From the NCBI RefSeq assembly GCF_018977255.1, contig NW_024704743.1:62064001-62128000 (forward strand): a stretch of DNA of 64,000 bases, in the 5' to 3' direction. Under the pieces are notes generated by a model. It searched no databases, was not told the DNA's origin, and saw nothing but the letters and a program-made list of their open reading frames with translations. This stretch comes from Callorhinchus milii. Its lineage: Eukaryota. The translations under genes and the position numbers were made by a program. How positions within the stretch are numbered: the stretch's first letter is position 1; the number at the start of each line of letters is the position of its first letter. Shown piece after piece: positions 12,645 to 26,402 of this stretch.

Positions 12645-14274
12645 ACAAACCCAAACCCACCACCTGCTCCCTTGATCCCATCCCCACCTCTCTCCTCATC
12701 TCCCAGCTCCACCTTCTGGCCCTCTCCTGTCCGATGTCAACAACCTCTCCTTGTCCACCGGTTCACTTCCCAGCCCCCTAAAAACAGCCATCATCACCCC
12801 CATCCTGAAAAAACCTTCCCTGGACCCATCCCTCCTCTCCAGCTACCGCCCCATCTCTAACCTCCCATTCCTCTCCAAGGTCCTGGAACGAATCATCGCG
12901 TCCCAGCTCTGCTCCTTTCTTTCTTGAGATTCCCTCTTTGAACCCCTCCAATCCAGCTTCCACGCTGCCCACAGCACGGAAACAGCCCTGGTCAAAGTCA
13001 CTGATGATATTCTGAACATCCGTGATCAGGGCTCCCACTGCCTCCTTGTCCTCCTCGACCTCTCTGCCGCCTTCGACACTGTCAACCACTCCATCCTCAT
13101 ACACCGCCTCTCCTCTTTACTTAATCTTCACGGACCTGCCCTTGCCTGGTTCAACTCCCATTTCTCTCACTGTCTCCACTCTGTTGCCTCTAACGGTTTC
13201 TCCTCCAGCCCCCACACTGTCACGTCTGGGGTCCCCCTTGGCCCTCTCCTCTTTAATATCTACATGCTCCCCCTTGGTGACATCATCCGCAGACATGGGG
13301 TCAACTTCCATATGTATGCGGATGACACCCAACTCTATCTTTCTGCCTCCACCCTCAACTCCAGGACCACTGCTGTCCTGACAGACTGCCTGTCGGACAT
13401 CAAGTCCTGGATGAGGGCAAATTTCCTACAGTTGAATGTGAACAAGACTGAGGCCCTCCTGATTGGCTCGCGCCAGCGCCTCAGCACCTCAGGCTCTGGC
13501 AGCATCAACCTCCATGGTTGCACACTTCAACTCACCAGCCAGTCAGGGACCTGGTGTCTTGTTCGATCCTCAACTGTCTTTTCTTCCCCACATCCAAGCC
13601 ATGACCTGCTCTGCCTTCCCTCACCTCCGTAACATCGCCCGACTCCGCCACTACCTCACCCCTCAGGCCGCTGATACTCTTGTTCATGCCTTCATCACCT
13701 CCAGGCTCGACTATGCAAACTCTCTGCTTGTCGGCCTTCCCAACTCCTCCATCCACAGACTGCAGATAATCCAGAACTCTGCAGCCCGTGTCCTCTCCCG
13801 CACCAAACTCTGTGAGCCCATCTCCCCCACTCTCGCCTGACTCCATTGGCTCCCTATCCTTCAGAGGATCCAGTTCAAGATCCTGGTCCTCACCTACAAA
13901 GCCCTCCATGGCCTCGCCCCACCCTACCTCTGCGACCTCCTAACCCCCTACCAACCCGCCCACTCTCTCCACTCAGCTGGCTCCGGCCCTGCTCCATGTC
14001 CCCTGACCCACCATTGGCAAGAGAGCCTTCAGCCACCCTGCCCCCAGCCTCTGGAATTCCATCCCCCAGTCACTCCGCCTCGCCCCCTCCGTAGCCTTCA
14101 AGTCCCGTCTCAAAACCCTCCTCTTCGACCATGCCATCGGCCACCCCCCTTCCCCTCCCCTCCTTTCTCCCTCCCTTCCCAGCTTGGGTCTGAAATGCTG
14201 TAAACTGTCAAGCACCTTGGGACGTCCTCCCGATGTGAAAGGCGCTATACAAATGTAATCTCCTTCTTGTTGTT
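12645..14274 (+). mobile_element. 5'-truncated L2-clade LINE (RT domain to 3' tail), frameshifted, in an MTRR intron
   Basis: YRPISNLPFLSKVLE, LLDLSAAFDTV, HMYADDTQLY, VHAFITSRLDYANSLL; ends with the GCACCTTGGGACGTCCTCCCGATGTGAAAGGCGCTATACAAATGTAAT tail. Confidence 0.95.
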
Positions 14275-15821
14275 ATAAAATGGCTGTAATCTCCAGGAAC
14301 GCATAACACAACAACTCCCTTGATGAATATAATGATGAGTTTGGATTCAAACATTATGCAACACCAGAATTCAGACTTTGTTCAAGGTACTTATTCTGCA
14401 GTAATATATCTGAGGTTTGGATGTCTAGTAACTGCCTGGATCACGATGCGTCAGAGACATGTTTGAGGGGTCAATTTCTTCAGGACAATTTCTTCTGGGT
14501 GTTAAATCTAAGTTCTTTTTGCATAATTGACAAAGGGTTCTCTTCCCAATAGAGTATACGTGCAAGCTTCGCACATCCACCAACCCTATGCACTCTGACA
14601 TCAGCTGCCGTACTTGTCAGTGTTTAGTTTCCCCTTGGCATCAGATGCCTCCTTCAGAAAACAAGAAGGGAAGCTTCTATTTTCCATTCGGGCAGGAATT
14701 TTGCTGTGAGTTGCAAGAATTTAATTTCTTGCTTTGACTGTAACAGCCTGCAGGGCTTTAATAAAAATGAAGCAGATTTCAATTCTTAGTCAAAATGGTT
14801 TTGCAGCGTATGCCATGCAAAACCCATTTTTAGCAGAAATTCAAAACTAATGTTGCAATGTATTGCATTGGGTGGGGGGAATGTTGCATGTTGGGATCTT
14901 GCAGTGTGAGATTGCCACACAGGAAGCACAAGTGGTACAGATGAAATCAGACCTTAAAATCGTGGTTCATGACCACCCTGAAATTCACAAAGCTTTGATC
15001 CTTCTGAGTGTTTCGGATTAGTAATACCAGGATCAATTCTAGCGAGCCGGACTGATTGCGAATGGAAAGAAATTTCAAAATGAAGTGCAAAGCTAATGAT
15101 AGGGAAGCAGGGCAGGATTTTTTACTGTGTCCTTGGAGTTCACAGATTTGAGCATGTCTGGTATAAATCATTTGTTCCATTTGCTTTCAGACAGTGTGAA
15201 GTGGGGAATGTAATACATATTTTGTTCCAGAGCTGAAGCTTTCTCTGTCTTTAGCTAAGTATGTAAAATCAGATCATCTGGCAGCAATGCTGTGTGGCGT
15301 GAAAAGCGCAGATTTTCACTGGCAGAGGATTTGACTTATGCTGATATTCTTTCTGATTTAAATCGGCAGGCGTGACTTTAATATGGTTACTGACTGTGAC
15401 TGAGATCAGTCTTAATGTTTTGGTCAGCGAATGCTCTGTAGATAACAAGGTGTACGTTTTTCCTGTTGTATGAGTTCTGGGGGAGAAGCCAATAAAATAA
15501 ATTCCAACTTTTATCATGGCTAATTTTGCATATGCCTTTGGCGTTGTGGAGCCATTATTGTTTGTTCTTTGAAAAATTCTAATGTTCCAAGTGGGACAAA
15601 CAATCTAAACCCAATATCACCGATTTACTCACTGAGCCCAGACCAGGGCTTGAGGGTCAGTAAGTATGGAATAATTGACAATACGAGATAGGCCAGGTTT
15701 TAGTGAGGGCTCTTTGTTGTTGTTTTTATCATTGTTAAAATTGTTACAGCACCAAAAGTGGCCACTGGGCCCATCAAATCTGCGCTGGTGTGTCTATAAT
15801 AACAATTTAATAATAGAATAA

Positions 15822-17370
15822 AATCATAGAATATTACAGCACAGAAGGAGGCCATCCAGCCCGTCGTGCTTGTGCTGGCTCTTTGGAAGAGCTACCCTAC
15901 CCAATCAGCCCCGCTCTTTCCCCATACCGCTGCAATTTTGTTCCTTTTCAAGAACTTATCTAATTCTCTTTTGAAAGTTGTTATTGAATCTGTTTCCACC
16001 ACCCTTTCAGGCATTCCATACTCTGTAATAAAAATTCTCCTCATCGCCCCTCTGGTTGTTTTGCCAATTATCTTAAATCTATGTGCCCTGGTTACTGACC
16101 CACCGGCCAGTGGAAATAGTTTTTTCCTATCTACTCTATCAAAATACCTCATAGCTTTGAATACCTCTATTAAATTTCCCCTTAATCTTATCTGCTCCAA
16201 GGGGAGCAATCCCAGCTTCACTGGTCCATCTCCATAACTAAAGTCCCTCATCCCTGGTACCATTCTGGTAAATCTCTGTACCCTCTCCAAGTCCTTCCTA
16301 GAGTGTGGTGCCCAGCATTGGATACACTACTCCAGCTGAGGCCTAACCAATAACTTATAAAGGTTTAGCAGTACTTTCTTGTTTTTGTATTCTATGGCAC
16401 TATTTATAAAGCCAAGGATCCGATCCCATATACTTTTTAACAGCTCTATCAACCTGTCCTGTGACCTTCAAAGACCTGTGTATCTGAACCTCCAGGTCTC
16501 TCTGCTTCTGAACCCCTTTAAGACTGTACCATTTTTTGTATGTTGCCTCTCCTCATTCTTCCTCCCAAAATGTATCACCTCACACTTCTCTGCATTAAAC
16601 TTCATCTGCCATGTGTCTGCCCATTTGACCGATCTGTCTATGTCCTCCTGAAGTCTGATACCATCCTCCTCATTGTTCCCAAGTTTTGTGTCATCTGCAA
16701 ACTTTAAAATTTTGCTCTCTATACCCAAGTCCAAGTCATTTATGTATATCAAAAAGAGCAGTGGACCTAATACCGATCCCTGGGTGACACCACTGTATCC
16801 TTCCCTCCAGTCTGAAAAACAACCATTCACCACTACACTCTGCTTTCTGTCTTCCAACCAATTTCTTATCCATGCTGCCATTGTCCCTTTTATCCCATGG
16901 GTTTCAGCTTTGCTAACTCGTCTATTATGTGGCACCTTATCAAACGCCTTCTGAAAATCCATATACACTACATCAACTGCACTACCTTCATCAATCCTCT
17001 CCGTTATATCATCAAAGAACTCCATTTGCCTTTAACAAATCTGTGTTGACTGTCATTAATTAGCTTATGCCTTTCTAAGTGAAAATTTATTTTGTTCCAG
17101 ATTATTGTCTCTGGAAGTTTCCCCACCAACGACGTTAGGCTGACTAGCCTGTAGTTACTAGGTTTATCCTCTCCCCTTTTTTGAACGGGTGCAAATTTGC
17201 AACCCTCCAGTCCTCAGGCCCTACTCCCATAGCCAAGGAGGATTGTTGCCAGAGCCTCCCTAACTACCCTCAGCAATCTAGGATGCATCCCATGTGGACC
17301 GGGTGACTTTTCTACTTTGAGCGCTGCTAACCTTTTTTAAGTACCTCCTCTATTTTTATCCTATCCATCC
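15822..17370 (-). mobile_element. 5'-truncated CR1-clade LINE, decayed, in an MTRR intron
   Basis: ORF track shows [56 protein letters not shown]1-type ATTCTATG tail. Confidence 0.95.
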
Positions 17371-18639
17371 TTGCATTTCATATACCACTTTATCACAACA
17401 TAGCACAAAATATTTTGCTGGTGAAAATTTATATTGTAAAGTGAATTGACTTTATATTTTACTTAACAAAATGTGGCAGCCAATTGGACACAACAGTGTC
17501 CCACAAGACATTTTTCTCCTTTTTTTCATTTTTCTGCACTGGAATCACCTCATTGAATCCCACTTTCCTAATTTCTCCCCATACACTTCCTTATGCCTCT
17601 TTTTGAAGCATCCAGCCATTTCTCTTTTGGAAATAATTTGTGGACAACAGTTTGAGGCTCAGAACATGCTTAGATGTTCAATCTTACAATTCAAGCACAG
17701 TTAATCATCTGTTGGTTTCTGAGTCTCCAAAAAGTAAATGGAGTCAGGAAAATGTAAATCAAGAAATCGATGCTTCCAGAATAATAAAGGAGTGGAAAAC
17801 CATGCTTTTTCAATTTTACAAGTGAAAACTTTTATGACCCATGAAGCCCATGAGGTATGCAGATCTCCAAAACAAGCGAAAGGAAATTGCTGTTCTGTTC
17901 GTGACTGTTTTCATAATGTGTAACTCTTCTAACGAAACAGTATAAAAATAATGAAGTATGTCCAGCTAGTGAAACAGTGCACAGATCTAATGCATTCGCA
18001 CCAGTGAAATATTGTTCCTTGGCAACATTCCTTTTTAATGTTCAAACCCATTCAATAAATATACGAGGTTTGCGAGGTTTATACAATGAGCTTGTAAAAT
18101 CCTGCAATTCACTTATGAAACCCACACAGGAACGCACTGAATTTGATGATTAACTATCTGTTAATATTGAGAGAATCTTTATTTAAAAACACACATTTGA
18201 CTATTTAGGAGTAACCGGTACCTGCTATAGATGTGTTTGCATTGGCTGCTGACAGCTGATATTAATGGAGTGCTGCATTTTGATTTTCTTCATGTGTGCA
18301 ATACTAATATCTTGTGACTGGTCGAAATCTTTGAAATGTGGGACTAAAGCTAATGATTCTTTGAATAAAAGGGATATTTAATTAGTCTAAAGTTTACCTT
18401 CTGATATGTTCAAATAGCATAATTTGCCAAAATATACAGTCACTACGCTTTACAGTAAAGCGTATATTTATTTTATAAAAAATATTTTATTTTAATAATA
18501 TAAAGTTTAATATGCTTTATTTATATATAGATATATATTTCTATATATATTAATAAAGAATTGGAAAGTGTATTAGATGACCTATAAAGACTTTTGTTAA
18601 AAAAATTCTTAAAAAACATTGCCAATTACTAAAAAAGAA

Positions 18640-18932
18640 CAAAATCCTTGCATTTGGTTTTGCGCCTTTCACATCAGAAGGACATCCCAAAGAAATGGAG
18701 TGACTATAAATTTATAGATTAATGTGGCAGCCCAATTTCAAGTCCCACAAGCAGTAATGAAATGAATAACCAATTTTATTTAGCGGGTTGTTGGGAAGGA
18801 CATGGGGAGAAACTCCTCTTTTTGAGTAGTCCACCTGAACAGGGAGATGGGACCTCGGTTTAATGTCTCAAACAAAGGACGCCACCTCTGACAATGCAAC
18901 ACACCCCCAGCACTGCACTGGAGTGTCAGCTT
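18640..18932 (-). mobile_element. DeuSINE, lacking most of the head
   Basis: Tail hairpin plus reverse Deu core CCACCTGAACAGG...CCTCGGTTTAATGTCTCA...CAGCACTGCACTGGAGTGTCAGC. Confidence 0.75.
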
Positions 18933-19174
18933 AAACCATAGGGGTTCACTGATTATAGAACTTACAGCAATGTTCTGTGAACTTGAGATATGTATTTAAT
19001 TTCCACTTTTGGTGAAGAATTGAATCATTCTCTGGTGCTGTCGCATTTTATGTGAACAGTAATTGCTTACCAAACATCCTTCCTGTAATGGAATATACTG
19101 ATTTCTGATGTGTGAAATGGTTATTTAGCCCAAACATTCTATGATGGAGCTCCACCTGATCATCCTGTTGACTA

Positions 19175-19336
19175 TTGGTTTTGCGCCTTTCACATCAGAA
19201 GGACGTCCCAAAGAAATGGAGTGACTGTAAATTTATAGATTAATGTGGCAGCCCAATTTCAAGTCCCACAAGCAGTCATGAAATGAATAACCAATTTTAT
19301 TTAGCGGGTTGTTGGCAAGGACATGGGGAGAAACTC
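19175..19336. repeat. Local direct duplication of 18654-18815
   Basis: 162 bp with 4 substitutions by manual alignment. Confidence 0.9.
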
Positions 19337-22300
19337 ATTATTTTACGTAGCATTCACTGTACTTTAAAACAACTCTTTAAGTGTTTTAAGACATCTTGGT
19401 ATCATACATTACCAAAGGATGCCCTTAGCAAAGCATCCGGTTGTCAATGTGACCAGTTTGCCTAGTTTAGTTGTTGACGCTCTGGATGTAGTGAATGGGA
19501 GATCCTCTGCTATTTCCTTCCTCCACAGGGTGAGCCTGGGCACCACCTTACCACAGCAACCAGTTCATCAGCAACTCACTCAAATACTGAGGTTAAGACC
19601 TCTAGTTGTACCCATGAGAATTCATGTCAATGTAAGATGGAAAGTGTAAATTTCATTTCACACTCATGGATTAATCAACATGATAATTTATTCTTTCATT
19701 CTCCCTCTCCTCTCCCCCTCCACCCCCCGCACCGACACACACACATAGTATCTTGAGGAGTGAATTCCCTCAATTTAAAGAGCAAAATATGCACTTTAGT
19801 AACACTAGCACCTGGACATCTGCTTTATTGTTAGACATCAGACATCATTCTCCTCTCTTCGCACATTACTACGATTTATGATGCTGCACCTTTTTAATGA
19901 TTGTTATTTATTTTGTGGAGTGCCGATATTGCAGACTGTAACTATGATTTCTTTATTTTATTTGTGCAGTATACATTGCCACCCTTGACTCTTTATTTTA
20001 TGGGTGCCTATAATGATATTTCAGTCAGAGGTAAATTGGAACAGCTTTTTATTGTCAGTTCCTTGACGGTTTCATTATTAGATAGTGTAGATGACAAATC
20101 GAAAACAGAGTGTAAACCTAGTAAATTCACCTTCTGTTTACTCTCTTCTCTCCACCCCCTTTGCCATCAGTGGCTGAAATGCTTCAATGTGTGAGGTAAA
20201 ATATATACTTGCATTATCACATTGCAATATCTCGAAAGTGCTTTGCCTGATGAATCAATCACTTTGAAATACAATGACTTATGTTAGGCAAACATGGTAG
20301 CTAATCTCATTGCTGTTTGTTATTCTGCAAACAGCAATGAGGCGAATGACATATTTAATGTCTCGGGTGAAATTGGAGGGAAGAATATTGGTCTTCCTTT
20401 AGAATCTGATTGAAAAGTTGAATAATGCAGGGAATTGATGAGCTAAATAGAGGACAATTCTTTGCTCTGATAGAAGCATGCCATCACCCTGCACCTGAGT
20501 GCTCCTCTGTTCTGCACTAGAGTTGTTGGGCTAGAATATGAGCTGTTGTCAAGGCTAGGACCTACAACTTTTGGACAAGAGGTTAGAGTGCTGCCCACTG
20601 AGCCAGACTGAAAACAGTCTCTCTGGTGATGAGAATATAACTTCTGATCCCTTGGCCTAAGTCTGGTGGTTTTCTATGCATGCACCAATCTAATCCCACT
20701 TTCCTGCTCTATCTCCACATCCTTTAATATTCCTCCTCTTCAAGTATTTATCTAACTTCCTTTAAAAATCTATGGACATTACCTCATTTATGGTTGGTGA
20801 CAGAGAATTCCATATTCTCACCACTTCTGCACTCCATGTAAAGATTTTTTTTAACCACTCCTTTAATTTCTAGTGAAAATAGCTTAAAATGTGTGCTCTC
20901 CAGTTACTGGTGGAAATAACCCACGACTACTTACTTACCTTGATGGGCTTCTTCCTGATCGTATTTTCTGTACTTCATGGCCTGCTAGATGATAAAGCTC
21001 TCTACGTTTGGTGAGATAATTCAAGAAAAGTTTACCATAAATCTCTTGATTTAAGAAACCAAAACACCATATTTCTGACAAGACTTTTGTAGCTCGACTA
21101 TGGGTAGGTGAAGTCCAGAGATGTTATCTTAAAATTCAAGATTGCACACAATTTTAGAAAATTCTTAAATTTGTATTTTAATTTGGAAACTGGTTTTCCA
21201 AAAGGTTTATAAGGAACTACTTCCAAATTAAGAAGGATTTGAAGAATAATCCGCAATTTTGTGGCATTCTAGAGTTTAAAACAAAATAGTCTTACAGGCT
21301 AAGACCAAGTGGAATTTTGTTCCTCTGACCTTTCCTGAATTTAACTCCTCTTGAAGAATGATTAGCTGTACCAGCAAGTGGACAGTTTGTTAATTCATAC
21401 TTTGAGTTCCCAGTTTCAGTTCTATAGCTTGGGACAGCAACAGTGGCAGGCATCTGACTAGTAACCTTAATCTCAGAAGTGATCATCTACGATGTAGATG
21501 TAGTTCTTTTAAATGCTACACTTCTCTGTGAGTGATGTTGATGAAAAGAAATCCGTCCTTTACTGTCGACATGTCTTCCTGAAAATTGGAATGGGATGAG
21601 ATGGATATTATAGGAATTAGTTTCCTTAGATTAGCTGCACCCTAGAGAGAAGGGAAAGGCTTTCGCCATATCTCTTCACACTGATGTTAAGCCTTCTCTG
21701 AGCTTGCCACGCACATTTTATTTTCAATTCTGTTGATTGATTTTACAAATCTCTGATCCTTGGAAAGAGATTGCACCATTTTTTTAAAATAGACTCGTGG
21801 ATTTTAACCCAAATCAGCATCTCTGTCTGATAATAATTAATAGAATTTCAACGCAGAAGAAAGCCATTGATCATCTTCAATATTCCATACTTGCTCCCTA
21901 CTGGTGTTATTTTACTGTAATTCCATTTGCCTGCTGTTTCCCATATGCTTTCTTATATCGTTATTTTGCCAGTATCTTATCCAATACCTTTTGAAATAAT
22001 CTGTTTCAATTGTCACTTTTTGTAACGTGTTCCACATCTTAATAAACCTTTGAGTACTAAAAAAGTAACCTTTTACTTTGTGTTTCCAACATCTTCATCT
22101 TCTAGGATCAATCTTGGGTTTATATCCCCTCGTAGCAGAAATAACTGTCCAGCTGGGATATATCTCATAGGTGGTTCAGCCATGTTAAGAGGATTTTGGG
22201 AGTTGCACCAGGGATACAGTTTTTAAAATTACTTGCTTGTGTTCGTAACTTGTTTGATCAAGTCATCTGGAATGCAGAGGAACCAGCCAGATACTCTAGC

Positions 22301-22380
22301 CTTTTCTTATTTTGAAATAATTTACAATCTTTCCAAGAAGTCCATGCGTCTTTCTCCTAAATTTAGCTCAACTTTATTAA

Positions 22381-22724
22381 TAATAATACTAATAATCTTG
22401 CATTTGATATAGCGCCTTATCACGTCTTTGAGACATCTTTATTCACTATAAATATATATTTTGTGGGCAAAACGCAGCAGTCAATTGCGCACAGCACAGT
22501 CGTGGATTGAGTGACCAATTTATTATTATCATTTTTTTAAAAGGGATTATTACCCCCAGAAAAGTGATTATTACCCCCAGAAAACAACTGGGTTCCTACT
22601 TACTGCTAGGTAAACAGTGCCATGTGGGGTAAGGAAACTTACCCAAGGTTTCGCCCTGTCAGGAATCGAACCCAGGTCTCTTGCTTGTAACGTGAGTGCT
22701 ATAACCACTGAGCTACAGGACTCC
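22381..22724 (-). mobile_element. tRNA-Ala-headed chimeric SINE, long form
   Basis: Head GGAGTCCTGTAGCTCAGTGGTTA...GGGTTCGATTCC; CORE-like TGTTTACCTAGCAGTAAGTAGGAACC; L2-type tail with (TTA)n. Confidence 0.85.
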
Positions 22725-22800
22725 ACTTATTAAGTGACATTACCCACCCCCGTTGCTTAAAGGTGCAAAAAAACAAGAAATGGGCACAGGCTTTCTTATT

Positions 22801-23117
22801 AATAATAATAATACTTGCATTTTGATATAGCGCTTTTCACGTCGGGAGGACGTCCCAAAGTGCTTCACAGAACACACTGTAAAGTGAATTGACTATATTT
22901 GTGGGCGAACGCGACAGCCAATTGCGCACAGCAATGTCCCACAAACAGTTGTAGATTGAAAATGACCAATTTATTATTGTTTTTGGTTTTTGAGGGATTA
23001 TTATTAGGCTCTGTGTGGAGTAAGGAAACTTGCCCAAGGTTTCGCCCTCTGCCTGGAATTGAACTCAGGTCTCTCGCTTGCAAAGCGAGTGCTCTAACCG
23101 CTGAGCTACAGGACTCC
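22801..23117 (-). mobile_element. tRNA-Ala-headed chimeric SINE, short young form
   Basis: Nearly identical to 37488-37792 in reverse; A and B boxes intact; anticodon loop TTTGCAA. Confidence 0.9.
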
Positions 23118-23401
23118 ACGAAAGGAAAAGTTAATGGCTGTTGACAGACTGTTGATTTTGTTTACTTTGTAAAAATATTTCCCCACTTTAACTGAACAGT
23201 GGATGAAAGCAATTGCTCCAATTTGATTATTTCTGGTTACTGAAGTAGCATAAAGTACTTGCTCATTTGCTGCAGATGGAATGAAAGGTGGTGTGCTGAT
23301 CCTGCACTCCCTTCAGGAAGTCACACCCCAGCTCAGGCAAATATCAGTACAGATTGTGAACCAATTTCTGCTTCCTCTGACTCTTCACTCCTTAATTTTA
23401 G

Positions 23402-23494
23402 ACAAAAACAAAGGGAACAGAATCCTGATGGTTCTTTTGGGGAAACCTGGTTATTTTTTGGCTGTTGTCATCAAGATCGGGACTACCTGTTCAG
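23402..23494 (+). CDS. MTRR: MTRR coding exon (human exon 13 equivalent)
   Basis: ttttag|A...TTCAG|gtaagt; 93 nt; [30 protein letters not shown](R). Confidence 0.95.
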
Positions 23495-24033
23495 GTAAGT
23501 ACAACAGTGCTGATATGTTTTCACTTGCATTGACATAACTTTCGTATTTCTGTGTAGACAAAGACAAATTTAAGCAGGATCTTGAGACCGAATGTGGGTG
23601 CCTTTCTTTTCATTTCCTCTCCCATTTTTGTACATTTACAACATGCACAAGAGTGAATTGAACACTTCAAATATTTTTTTCTCTCTATTCCTCATTTCCT
23701 TTGTCACCCAAAATGTATCCATTGTCTCTAAGCCGAGTATTTAACATAATCAGATCTTTGAACAGCGCATACATTATTCACTTGCATCTTATCTTTTTAT
23801 TCTGGTGCAAAAATTCACCTGCACTCCTCAAAAGGATTATTCTAATTACCTATCTGAAATATCAGCACTTTCAGATGCACTTAGTTTTTTTTTAGTCTCT
23901 GCATGATATCCCCAGTTAAATCATTTTGGAAAAGAGAATTTCTCCATCCTTAACATAAACAGGTTCAGTTCAGGCCCATGGTAATTTTTATCATGTGATA
24001 GATAGAGGGTTTAAGGTATTTCTTGTTCTGCAG

Positions 24034-24216
24034 AGATGACTTGAATGAATTCCAAAATAACGGTACCTTAACCCACCTGAAAGTCTGTTTCTCAAGAGAC
24101 CTCCCCAAGGACGCAACAGAAGAAAAGCCAAAATACGTTCAGCATAATCTTCAGCTCTTCTCCCAAGATGTTGCAAAACTCTTACTGAACGATAACGGTT
24201 GTTTTTACGTCTGTGG
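24034..24216 (+). CDS. MTRR: MTRR coding exon (human exon 14 equivalent)
   Basis: ctgcag|A...TGTGG|gtaagt; 183 nt; DDLNEFQNNGTLTHLKVCFSRD...KPKYVQHNLQLFSQDVAKLLLNDNGCFYVC(G), containing the FSR, KYVQ and YVCG motifs. Confidence 0.97.
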
Positions 24217-25679
24217 GTAAGTAGAGATTGTTCGAAGTAATGATGCATTTAGCCGTATAATTGCATGTTACTGAAGTGAATGACTTGGTTACCAGTGCAC
24301 AGAATGAAATGTATAATCCTTTTATGTGATAAATATACATGGTTGCAGTGTCTGGGCAGTGCAGTATTCCAAACCACAGACAATCAAGAAATTTATCAGC
24401 AAGTGTTTGTGTATTCTGTCAAATTCATTCACTCTGAGATGTTGCAGAAAACCAAGATTTAACCTGTCAAGACTGTTTTGTAATTTTATTAGAAATTGGA
24501 GCTCATATTTGACTCCCAATTTCCCCAAATTTTCTCATTATCCCTTTATACACAAAACAAGTGCTTTCTTCTTTTTCAAGTATCCAGCTTTTTCTGCAGG
24601 TTCTACCAATCTCCCTTTCAAAGATCACAATTGATTCTGCATCTAGTATCCTGTGACAGTGCATTTTTACATAACCCTAAAACGTTCTGTGGGAAAATGT
24701 TTTCTGCTTTGATTTTGATGTAAATGGTTTCATTTTGATCCCGAAATTTCTGAAAGATTAGATTAAATTCAGATTAAAAACCCAGATTCTCTCTCTCTCC
24801 CTCTCCGACCTTGTTAATAGCAGCAATTTTTAAAATGTTATACAAGTTTTGTTACAAATCGTAAAACTATCTAAATGCAGCAACTTAGTGATTTCCTAAT
24901 TGGTGTTATCTATTGGTAGTCATAATACTATAAATAATATTTATCCCATTCTACGTATTAACTTTACGTGCTGCTCTTTTCCCTGGTTTATATCTTAAAC
25001 ATAAGATACATACAGTTTATAATCATTGCACTTGACTCCACATGCATTACTTCACCTACACGGTGGTCCCCATTTATCTTCATGCAGTTTACCGATAATG
25101 TCCTGACTGTATGTATAAAGTTTACCTATGTTGCATATTCTGCATTTTTTTCGGAGCTCTAAGTTTTTTCTGCTTGTCTCATAATTGAGCGTGCAAGGAA
25201 CTTGATAACCTATTATGAGTTGACAGTGAAGGGGTCTGGGGTTAGGAGAACTCGTCGAAGCATATAAAATATTAAGTAGCACAGGTGACAAAACCTAGAC
25301 ATTTCAATGTCCAACAACAACAAAATTACATTTATATATAGCGCCTTTCACGTTGGAAGGACGTTGCAAGGCACTGAAAAGTAAACCAAAAAGTAAGGAT
25401 CAGAGGACGTAAATGAGGATATATTTCACTTGTGTCCTCTGATCTTAGCTTTTTGAGACTGCTTATTTAGAATGGATATAGACCATGGCAAGGTAATCAA
25501 GGCGCACTCATTAGTCATTTAAAACGCATTTAGATATCACAATGGCACAATGGCTGTACGCTCTTGAACAGCGGATAATGAAGGATGATCTGATCAAGCT
25601 GTAGGTGGTGGTGGTGGGGAAGGGGCTGCAGAACTACAATGCTTGTGTTGGAGAACACCAGGAGAAACCCAACCCGGGT

Positions 25680-25810
25680 GGGGGGGGCTCCAATTGTTGC
25701 TCCCGGCTGTTATCCTGTCTGAGATCAATAATCTCAGCACAGAACAATAATCAAACCTGAGACCATGTCAGTATGTACGGCTAAACTATTCACTGAATAA
25801 AATCACCCAA
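25680..25810 (-). mobile_element. AmnSINE2-like head fragment
   Basis: Reverse strand reads GGTCTCAGGTTTGATT...CTGTGCTGAGATTATTGATCTCAG...CAACAATTGG. Confidence 0.45.
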
Positions 25811-26402
25811 CCATTATTTTTTTCTTTAAAATCTGTCAAATTGTATCTTGTACTATTGAACTAGATATTAATAAACAAGAGATTCAGACTAGAAAAAAAA
25901 GCCAGCGGTTTGCAATTGGATTTGCTAATACATTGTTGCTAATGGAGAATTCTGCTGGTAACTAACTCGCAGGAACCACCTGATCGGCAGAAGGTACCTC
26001 GAGGAGAGTTTGCCGTACTTAGCTCCAGGATTCTTGGTCAATCGCTGTTTTCCATTAGTCAGTCCCATTGCTGCAAATAACTGTTTTTGACTCTGTTTTG
26101 TTTAAATTTCAAAGTGTCAGCAACTGTATAAAGCTCTGTATCGTGGGACGGTGAGGATGACATTGAATTAATATCTCATCTCGTGTCATGTATCTGTTTA
26201 GAATCATTAATAATTTCCAAATAGATATCTGACTACATAAACCTCCTTCCCTTTCTATATCCAGTAAGAGAAGTGAGGAATGAGTAATTGCAGTTTTGGA
26301 CATTTGTTAAAATAACACCTGTCAAGGCCAAATGTACTGTTATATCTCGGACTCCTACAAATGTTATTTTTACTTATTTTCTATTTTTTCGTCTTTAAAC
26401 AG

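Noticed and set aside
18455..18560. AT-rich quasi-palindrome
   Set aside because: Low-complexity sequence; the symmetry is expected by chance
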